Source of the DNA: a bacterium
GTDB lineage: Bacteria > Zhuqueibacterota > Zhuqueibacteria > Oceanimicrobiales > Oceanimicrobiaceae
DNA: 14,105 nucleotides
NCBI GenBank assembly: GCA_037446635.1
Contig: JBBIIG010000088.1
Coordinates: 1-14,105, forward strand
Direction: 5' to 3'
Shown piece by piece: positions 1-6,520 of this stretch. Every line of letters starts with the position of its first letter. The stretch's first letter is position 1. The notes beneath the pieces are model-generated. The model did not search any database. It worked only from the letters and a program-made list of their open reading frames with translations, and had not been told where the DNA came from. The position numbers and the translations under genes were made by a program.

Positions 1-2
1 TC

Positions 3-242
3 GAGTCGCTGTTTCACAAACCGGAAGAAGCGCTGGAGATTTCAAAAAAATACAAAAGCTGGATTTGCGATGAAAAGCTGATGAAACTCGCGAAGCAAGA
101 GAGCATCTACATGCACTGCTTGCCGGCCGATCGCGGCAACGAAGTTACCGATGCGGTGATTGACGGCCCGCACTCGGTGGTGTATCAGGAAGCGGAAAAT
201 CGGCTGCACACTGCGAAAGCGATCATGGCGCTGACGATGTGA
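3..242 (+). CDS. Aspartate/ornithine carbamoyltransferase-family protein, C-terminal fragment (5' end outside window)
   Basis: Not in the ORF track. Manual translation from base 3 gives [79 protein letters not shown], with the HCLP and EAENRLH motifs of OTCase-like transcarbamylases. TGA at 240-242. Confidence 0.9.
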   Translation, partial: ESLFHKPEEALEISKKYKSWICDEKLMKLAKQESIYMHCLPADRGNEVTDAVIDGPHSVVYQEAENRLHTAKAIMALTM

Positions 243-246
243 TCGC

Positions 247-306
247 TGATTGATGATTGAAACTTGGTAATTGGAATTAGTCAATAATCAATAGACAATA
301 ATCAAT
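247..306. repeat. Degenerate 7-mer inverted repeat arms (TGATTGA-type, then TCAATAA-type)
   Basis: tgattgatgattga ... tcaataa tcaatag acaataa tcaat; the two arms are approximate reverse complements. Confidence 0.7.
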
Positions 307-1682
307 TGAAAGACAAGTTTGATCTGCTCGTTGTAAACGGTGAAGTCATAACCGAAAGAGATTCCGAAAAGCTGGATGTCGGAATTCGAGACGCAAGAGT
401 TGTGGCCCTCTCTCCGAGCTTGAAGGGGAATTCGGATCGCGTCATCGACGCCGCCGGCAAGCTCGTCTTCCCCGGTTTCATCGATGCCCACACCCACATG
501 GGCATCCCCATCATGAACACTTATTCCAGCGATGATTTTGAATCGGGCTCCGTCGCCGCGGCGTTCGGCAGCGTTACTACGATTATCGATTTCACCGTGC
601 AAGAAAAGGGACAGACGCTGGCGGATTCCGTCGCAGTGCGAATCGATAAGGCCCGAAAAAGTCATGTCGATTACGCCTTGCATGTGAACATCACCGATCA
701 GCCGGAGAAGCGACTGGATGAAATTCCTGCCATCATCGCCGATGGTTTTACCTCGTTCAAAGTTTTTTCGACGTATCGGCAAGCTGGCATGATGATCACC
801 TGGGATGAATTTCGAAAAGTCTTGCAGCAGGTGAATGCACACGGCGGACTGCTTTGTTTGCACGCCGAGGACAATGATTTGGTGGAAACCCTCACTGCTG
901 AACATTTGGCAGCCGGCCGAAAAGCCGCTATCTTTCACGCCCGCAGCCGCACCGCCGAGGCCGAGGCAAAAGCCATCACCCGGGCTGCAGAAATTGCCGG
1001 TGAATTGGGGGCGAGCCTCTACATTGTTCACGTCAGCAGCCAGGCCGGTTTGGAAACGGGTTTGAACGCCCGGGCGCGCGGCGTCAACATTTATCTCGAA
1101 ACCTGTCCGCAATATTTGGTTCTCACCGAAGAATGCTATCGCCGCGAAAATGGCCACCGCTGGATCACCACGCCGCCGCTGCGCACGCAACAAGATTGCG
1201 AAGCATTGTGGCAGGCCCTTGCTGACGATCAAATCGATGTAGTGGCCACCGATCACTGTCCCTTCACCATTCAACAAAAAGACGCCAGCCGCGGGGCCTT
1301 TCATCTCACACCCAACGGTTTGCCGGGCGTGGAGGCGCTCTTTCCCCTGCTTTACACGTATGGTGTCGCACACGGACGAGTGACGCTGCCGCAACTGGTG
1401 CGACTGTTAGCCAAACGGCCTGCCGAAATTTTTGGCCTCTATCCCCAAAAGGGGACGATTCAGATTGGCGCGGACGCCGATTTGGTGATCTGGGATCCGA
1501 ATGCGGAAGAAGCGATTGCCGCCAAACATTTGCACGGAAAAGCCGACTGGTCGCCGTATGAAGGGATGCCTATTGCTGGGAAGTTGGAGTACACAATTCT
1601 GCGCGGCCAGGTTCTGGTGCAGGGCGATGAGTTTGTAGGGCAGGAGGTGAGGGGGGTAGAGCGTAGGGTGGCAAAGCGCTAA
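306..1682 (+). CDS. hydA: Dihydropyrimidinase / D-hydantoinase (cyclic amidohydrolase)
   Basis: 458 aa. Metal-ligand motifs PGFIDAHTH, SFKVF (carboxylated Lys), HAED, VHVSS and ATDHCPF; also PNGLPGVE and GADADLVIWDP. TTG start. Confidence 0.92.
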   Translation: MKDKFDLLVVNGEVITERDSEKLDVGIRDARVVALSPSLKGNSDRVIDAAGKLVFPGFIDAHTHMGIPIMNTYSSDDFESGSVAAAFGSVTTIIDFTVQEKGQTLADSVAVRIDKARKSHVDYALHVNITDQPEKRLDEIPAIIADGFTSFKVFSTYRQAGMMITWDEFRKVLQQVNAHGGLLCLHAEDNDLVETLTAEHLAAGRKAAIFHARSRTAEAEAKAITRAAEIAGELGASLYIVHVSSQAGLETGLNARARGVNIYLETCPQYLVLTEECYRRENGHRWITTPPLRTQQDCEALWQALADDQIDVVATDHCPFTIQQKDASRGAFHLTPNGLPGVEALFPLLYTYGVAHGRVTLPQLVRLLAKRPAEIFGLYPQKGTIQIGADADLVIWDPNAEEAIAAKHLHGKADWSPYEGMPIAGKLEYTILRGQVLVQGDEFVGQEVRGVERRVAKR

Positions 1683-1925
1683 TTGCTACTTTGTAAAGCT
1701 TTTTAGCGCGTCTGGATTAGACTTAAATCCTTGCCAACACCAGCAGCGATGTCAAAGAATACGACAACGAAGGCAAGCCGCACCATCTCATGGGCGACAC
1801 GATTGCCGATAAAAATCTGATTCGGAAATCAAATCTTTTTTAGGTTCTTTGTCATTCAAGTTTTTCAAGCGATAGCTTTGCCAGTTATTTGCAGGAAGTG
1901 AACATTCGGCGGATGTCTCTACCGG

Positions 1926-2082
1926 GGGGCGGCCGTCGCGGGGCCTCAGGAACCCGCGGTTCCAAATTGACCATTCACAATTGGACGTTCACAATTGACA
2001 ATTGTAGTTGAGGGACGCAAATTGTGAATAGTGAATGGTTAATTGTGAATTGAGAATTCTAAGAGGATGAGATGGCCGCCCC
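1926..2082. repeat. Nested inverted-repeat structure between convergent genes (possible terminator/processing stem)
   Basis: Outer stem GGGGCGGCCGTC (1926-1937) / GATGGCCGCCCC (2071-2082). Inner 7-mer arms 1965-2006 (aattgac cattcac aattgga cgttcac aattgac aattgta) and 2020-2058 (aattgtg aatagtg aatggtt aattgtg aattgag aatt). Confidence 0.8.
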
Positions 2083-2098
2083 GTTTAACCGCTGACAC

Positions 2099-3142
2099 CT
2101 ACTTCTCCACCACCAGCATCCCATGACCATCCGGATCCCGCACCAGTAACCCCTTTTTATATGCTAATTTATTCTCTGAAAGCGATACCACTCCGGGCGT
2201 GACAAAATTAGCCTTCCCGCCGCGTAGCCGCTGAAACGCCGCTTCGACGTCGCGGATGATAAGCGCGGTCTGCCAGTGCATGATGTCGTTGGCGCGGATG
2301 TCCACCGGCGTGGGGCGGCCGTCGCGCGGGGTTAGATATTCGAGAAATTCAATACCTGGCCCGCGTTCGGAGCGCAGCCCGGTGATACGCAGCCGAGCGC
2401 CAAACACGTTGTTGAGATGCTCCTGCTCGGTTTCGTAATTCTCGCTTTCGCCAGCTACGCGCAGTCCCAAGAGATCGCGATAAAATTTCAAGCTGCGTTC
2501 GGTATCCGAGACCACGATGGCGGTGTGATCGATTCCCAAAAACAAATTGTCAGTTGGCCTCTGCCAACGCGGATCGCCTTTGCCGGGCGGGAAGTAAATG
2601 ACCTCGAGGTTGTGGTTATCGGGATCGCGAAAATAGAACGCGCGAATGCCGGCCGCGCCCTTGTTCCAATCGGGAATGCGCTGCGGCGCGGTGGAGACGT
2701 GCTGCACTTTGAACTCGCGCAATCGCTGGTAGGCTTTGTCCATGTCGCTCACCACAATCGCGATGTGCTGGAACCAGTGATCGTTGCTTTTGGCGTCCAC
2801 GGGAATGGGGCGACCTTTGGGCGTGAGATACTCGGTCAATTCGATCAGCTCATCGCCGAGCTGCATGCGCACCACGCGCATCCGCAGGCCGAACAGTCCC
2901 TGCAAGTGTTCGTACTCGCTGCCCCAGACTTCAACATCGGAAATTTTTTGGAAGGCCAGCACCTCCGAGTAAAACTCAACGGAGCGATCCATGTCCGACA
3001 CCGTCATGCCGATGGCATCGACGGCTGTAACTGTTCCCTGCTCGTTGAGCTGAGCAACAGCGCTCATCGACGCGAGAATCATCAGCGCCAGCAGCGCCCG
3101 GGAGATGACAATTGCAGCATTTTTGATTTTTTTGCCAAACAT
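2099..3142 (-). CDS. VOC-family (glyoxalase/bleomycin resistance/dioxygenase) two-domain protein with predicted signal peptide
   Basis: Repeated VOC motifs: IGMTVSDMDRSVEFY, HIAIVVSDMD, YFRDPDNHNLE, IDHTAIVVSDTERSLKFY, RDPDGH. Start moved to ATG 3142, which follows a GAGAGGA RBS. Hydrophobic N-terminus ends in AVA-Q. Confidence 0.88.
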   Translation of the reverse strand: MFGKKIKNAAIVISRALLALMILASMSAVAQLNEQGTVTAVDAIGMTVSDMDRSVEFYSEVLAFQKISDVEVWGSEYEHLQGLFGLRMRVVRMQLGDELIELTEYLTPKGRPIPVDAKSNDHWFQHIAIVVSDMDKAYQRLREFKVQHVSTAPQRIPDWNKGAAGIRAFYFRDPDNHNLEVIYFPPGKGDPRWQRPTDNLFLGIDHTAIVVSDTERSLKFYRDLLGLRVAGESENYETEQEHLNNVFGARLRITGLRSERGPGIEFLEYLTPRDGRPTPVDIRANDIMHWQTALIIRDVEAAFQRLRGGKANFVTPGVVSLSENKLAYKKGLLVRDPDGHGMLVVEK

Positions 3143-3168
3143 ATTTCTGTCCTCTCTTATTCGTTCAT

Positions 3169-3207
3169 AATTCACAATTGATAATTGTCAATTGACAATT
3201 GTGAATT
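3169..3207. repeat. Near-palindromic 7-mer array
   Basis: aattcac aattgat aattgtc aattgac aattgtg aatt; the ends AATTCACAATTG / CAATTGTGAATT are perfect reverse complements. Confidence 0.85.
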
Positions 3208-3241
3208 GCTAACCGCTAGGATGTCGAGCTTGAGCTTGACG

Positions 3242-3304
3242 GCCAAACTGAAGTTTGGCACTCCAAAATTGCACGCCCAGCCGCAAAGCGGAGCTTCGCG
3301 TTAC
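3242..3304 (-). repeat. Two tandem REP-like hairpins
   Basis: Minus strand reads GTAA-CGCGAAGC-TCC-GCTTTGCG ... GGAG-T-GCCAAACT-TC-AGTTTGGC, i.e. a tetranucleotide foot plus a short palindrome, the REP architecture. Confidence 0.6.
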
Positions 3305-3318
3305 ACGCTGCGTTGAAA

Positions 3319-3789
3319 TTAATTTTTGTGTTCGGGTTTCTTTTTCAGAAACTTCGGCCAGTTTTCGTCGCCCTTAGCAATGTTGCTGGAAATGTCCGCT
3401 TCCCAAAGTTGCCTGGCTTCCTGGTTGTAGTTCAAATAGAGCTTCCCGTCCACGATTTTCCAAACTTGCGGATCGCCATCAGCAGTATATCCGCGGCTGA
3501 CAGCATAAGCACAATATCCGCCGTATTGCGGCGCGTACTTCTCTGTATTCTTCGTAAACGCGTCGCGATTGGCGGCGCTGCTGAATTGCCAAACGGCGCC
3601 GTTCCACTTGTGCTGAAATTCCGCGCGGCCGGCGACCGGCTTGCCTTCTGTGAAATAAGCCACCGCGTCGTATCCGCGCAGCGCCAGTCCTTTGTCGTTT
3701 TTGTTTACGGGATCAACGCCGCCGCTCAGTGAATTCGAACAGGCGATATAAAACAATAGCAAGAGGAGAAGGCTGATCATTTTTTTCAT
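3319..3789 (-). CDS. YHS-domain-containing lipoprotein (YHS (seleno)protein family, Cys form)
   Basis: Motifs ALRGYDAVAYF, WQFSSAANRDAF, YAPQYGGYCAYAVS, IVDGKLYLNY. Start moved to ATG 3789 (RBS GAGGA). Signal MKKMISLLLLLLFYIA-C has a lipobox-like Cys. Confidence 0.88.
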   Translation of the reverse strand: MKKMISLLLLLLFYIACSNSLSGGVDPVNKNDKGLALRGYDAVAYFTEGKPVAGRAEFQHKWNGAVWQFSSAANRDAFTKNTEKYAPQYGGYCAYAVSRGYTADGDPQVWKIVDGKLYLNYNQEARQLWEADISSNIAKGDENWPKFLKKKPEHKN

Positions 3790-3804
3790 GTTTGTTCCTC
3801 GTGA

Positions 3805-3949
3805 TTTGTTTGTTGTCCGTGGTCCGTTGTTTGTTGTAATGGTCAATGGTCAATTGTGAATTGTGAATTGCTAATTGCTAATTGCTAATTGCCAACTGCT
3901 TACTGCTTACTGCTTACTGCTTACTGACAACGGACAACTGACAACTGAC
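3805..3949. repeat. Composite morphing 7-mer tandem array
   Basis: GTTGTCC-type units 3812-3837, then 16 in-phase units 3838-3949: aatggtc x2, aattgtg x2, aattgct x3, aattgcc, aactgct, tactgct x3, tactgac, aacggac, aactgac x2. Confidence 0.95.
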
Positions 3950-3952
3950 CAA

Positions 3953-5521
3953 TCACCCCATTCTCTGCAGAAGATGCTCTCCCACCCGCAGCGCATTCGC
4001 CATGATCGTCAACGCCGGATTCACCGCCGCGCTCGATACAAAGAAACTGCCATCGACGACGTACAGATTGTCCACGTCGTGGGCTTTGCAGTTGGCATCC
4101 AGCGCCGAAGTCTTGGGATCGTTGCCGAAGCGAATGGTGCCATTCTGGTGCGCCACCCCGGCCAGCGGAATACGCTGTCCGACGAACAGACTGCGAGCAA
4201 ACAGACCCACGTGGCAATCGTGTCCGTGCATCGGACATTTGGTTTGCTGCTTCAGCAAATCTTTTAATTTGGCGATCAGCCGCTTGTGGCCTTCTTCGTT
4301 GTTTGGCTTATAAGTGAGGACGATGTTGCCCTCGCGATCAAGAGAAACCCGATTGTTGGGATCGGGCAAATCCTCCGACGTCAGCCAGAAATCCAACGAG
4401 TGTTTCGCCATCAATTCCAACGTAAAACCTGGAGCGATCGCCGGCGCGCCGGCTTTCAACGTTTCACCGTCGAGTTTGCCGACAAAAGAAATGTGGCCCA
4501 TGGGATAATCCCATTCTTTGGACGCGAAATAAAAATCATTCACCCCCAACGTTTTTTGAAAGATGGTCGGGTTGGGACATTTGGAGATGGCCATCATCAC
4601 CGAGTTGACGTGGCCCATATAGTGGCGGCCCACCACGCCCGAACGATTGGCCAGGCCATTGGGGTGTTTGTCGTTGGCCGAGCGCAGCAGCAGCGCTGCG
4701 GAGTTGATGGCGCCGCACGACACCACTACCACATCGGCGGACAGTTCCTCGGTGGAACCGTTGCGGCTCACCACTACTTTTTTCACCGTTCGTCCCGAGG
4801 CGTCGGTGAGCAGCTTTTCCACTTTCGCGTTCGTCATCAAAGTGATGTTGGAATGTTTGAGCGCTGGATCCACAGCGCACACTTGCGCGTCGGATTTGGC
4901 GTTGACCAAACAGGGGAAGCCGTCGCAGGTCTCGCAGCGAATGCAGGCGCTGGCGCGGCGATTTTTTTCGTTGAGCATGACGCCGATTGGTACGTGAAAC
5001 GGCTTGAGTCCCAGCGCTGCAAAATCATCGCTGAGCTGCTGAATGCGCGGCTCGTGGCTCACCGCCGGATAGGGATAGGGCGCGGTGGCCGGCGGCTCGG
5101 TCGGGTCTTCGCCGCGCTGGCCGTGCACGTGGTAAAGGTTCTCCGCTTCGGTGTAGTAGGATTCCATCTCGTCGTAACTGACTGGCCACGCCGGCGAAAC
5201 CCCGCCGTGGTGGCGGATTTCGCCAAAATCTTCTTTGCGCAAACGAAAGAGCGCGGCACCGTAAAATTTGGTGTTGCCGCCAACGTAGTAGTTGGTGTGC
5301 GGATGCAGCTCCTTGCCGTCTTTGTCGCGCCATTTTTCTTGGGTTTGATACTTGCCCTCCACGTTGACGGCGCGCGGATCCCAGTTGGCTTTCTCGCGCG
5401 GCACATAATCGCCGCGTTCCAGCAGCAAAATCTTTTTACCCGACGGCGCGAGTTTGTAAGCGAGTGTGCCGCCGCCGGCGCCTGTGCCGATGATTATAAT
5501 ATCGTAGTGGTTGGTTGCCAT
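3953..5521 (-). CDS. GMC-family FAD oxidoreductase
   Basis: 522 aa. N-terminal GTGAGGG FAD motif, VGGNTKFYGA, Cys cluster CIRCETCDGFPC, C-terminal AHQNGT and NPALTIMANALR. RBS AAGGAG. No signal peptide. Confidence 0.93.
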   Translation of the reverse strand: MATNHYDIIIIGTGAGGGTLAYKLAPSGKKILLLERGDYVPREKANWDPRAVNVEGKYQTQEKWRDKDGKELHPHTNYYVGGNTKFYGAALFRLRKEDFGEIRHHGGVSPAWPVSYDEMESYYTEAENLYHVHGQRGEDPTEPPATAPYPYPAVSHEPRIQQLSDDFAALGLKPFHVPIGVMLNEKNRRASACIRCETCDGFPCLVNAKSDAQVCAVDPALKHSNITLMTNAKVEKLLTDASGRTVKKVVVSRNGSTEELSADVVVVSCGAINSAALLLRSANDKHPNGLANRSGVVGRHYMGHVNSVMMAISKCPNPTIFQKTLGVNDFYFASKEWDYPMGHISFVGKLDGETLKAGAPAIAPGFTLELMAKHSLDFWLTSEDLPDPNNRVSLDREGNIVLTYKPNNEEGHKRLIAKLKDLLKQQTKCPMHGHDCHVGLFARSLFVGQRIPLAGVAHQNGTIRFGNDPKTSALDANCKAHDVDNLYVVDGSFFVSSAAVNPALTIMANALRVGEHLLQRMG

Positions 5522-5536
5522 AACTTCTCCTTAAAT

Positions 5537-5618
5537 TTTGTTTGTTGTCCGTCGTCAGTTGTCAGTTGAAATTGACCATTAACAATTCACCGTTCACCAT
5601 TCACGATTGGCTATTGGA
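5537..5618. repeat. Composite 7-mer array overlapping the aquaporin stop codon
   Basis: gttgtcc gtcgtca gttgtca gttg, then aattgac cattaac aattcac cgttcac cattcac gattggc tattgga. Confidence 0.88.
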
Positions 5619-6416
5619 AACCGACGATTTATTTGCACTCATATACCCACACCTGAAAATGCATCTCTTATCGTTATGATGATGCAGCTTGGCGCAAATG
5701 ACGTTTTGAATGCCGCGCTGGCGAACGTAAAGTTCTGCGGCCAACAGCATCCCGATGGTCGGCGCGGTGAAATAAATCCACAACGTATTCCACAGGTGCG
5801 GCGGCACCGCGGAGGCAAAGGTGCGCGCCGGATTCATGCTCATGCCGGAGAACGGCGCTTCGAAGGCGATGTAGGTTGCCACCAAACCGCCGGCGAAAAC
5901 CCCGGTCAGGCGCGCCAAATTTTGGTTATTGCTAACGTGCAAAATCGTGGTCATCAAAATAAAAGTGATAATAACCTCGGCGATGAAGGCGATGGCAATT
6001 CCGTTTTCGCCTGGCAGGGTGGCCACGTAATTGACGCGGGGATCGGCGATCCAATTTCGCAGCAGTGCCGCACAGAGAAGCAATCCAAAAAGTCCACCCG
6101 CGAATTGCGCCAGCATATAGAAAATAGCGTCCCAGCGCTGAATCTTGCCTAAGCGGAAGAAGGTCAGCGTCACCGCCGGATTGAAGTGCGCGCCGGATCG
6201 CTTTCCAATTGGCGAGTAAATGATGGCGATGGCGGTAAGTCCCATTGCCAAGCCCATGATCACTCGGCGCAAAAAAGCATCCGGCAGCGCCTGCCGAATC
6301 GGCGAGGCGGGATGTTCCAGAATCACTCCGAACATGCCCGCGGAGATCATGAATAATCCCAGCTCCGCAGCTTCCATCAGGTATTCGGGCCAGTGGTCTC
6401 GCAATGCTTTCTTCAT
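5601..6416 (-). CDS. MIP/aquaporin family channel with Cys/His-rich C-terminal tail
   Basis: 271 aa. SGAHFNPAVT and GMSMNPART NPA boxes, about six hydrophobic segments, tail CAKLHHHNDKRCIFRCG. Confidence 0.93.
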   Translation of the reverse strand: MKKALRDHWPEYLMEAAELGLFMISAGMFGVILEHPASPIRQALPDAFLRRVIMGLAMGLTAIAIIYSPIGKRSGAHFNPAVTLTFFRLGKIQRWDAIFYMLAQFAGGLFGLLLCAALLRNWIADPRVNYVATLPGENGIAIAFIAEVIITFILMTTILHVSNNQNLARLTGVFAGGLVATYIAFEAPFSGMSMNPARTFASAVPPHLWNTLWIYFTAPTIGMLLAAELYVRQRGIQNVICAKLHHHNDKRCIFRCGYMSANKSSVSNSQS

Positions 6417-6433
6417 TTAATGAACCTATCGCT

Positions 6434-6519
6434 TGTGGATTGATGGATTACTGGATCAATGGATTAATGCAAAAGCAGGTACATTGATCCATTGATCCAA
6501 TACTCCATTACTTCCCACA
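6434..6519. repeat. 8-mer inverted repeat arms (hairpin)
   Basis: ggattgat ggattact ggatcaat ggattaat (6437-6468) / attgatcc attgatcc aatactcc attacttc (6483-6514), closed by tgtgg/ccaca. Confidence 0.9.
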
Positions 6520-6520
6520 G

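Noticed and set aside
3..242. Gene symbol argF or ygeW
   Set aside because: Only the C-terminus is visible; substrate-specificity motifs are outside the window.
288..1394. 368-aa minus-strand ORF
   Set aside because: Antisense shadow of hydA; no recognisable motifs.
3143..3175. ORF-track N-terminal extensions of the VOC (to 3175), YHS (to 3846) and GlcG (to 12405) genes
   Set aside because: The extensions begin at GTG/TTG inside repeat arrays; the downstream ATGs have good RBSs and begin signal peptides.
3511..3513. Selenocysteine in the YHS protein
   Set aside because: The GGYC codon is TGT (Cys); there is no in-frame TGA.
4286..5569. 427-aa plus-strand ORF (likewise 2417-3181, 10371-10919 and other nested ORFs)
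   Set aside because: Antisense or alternate-frame shadows of well-supported genes, as expected in GC-rich coding DNA.
5601..6416. Gene symbol aqpZ or glpF
   Set aside because: Filter residues and tail match neither.
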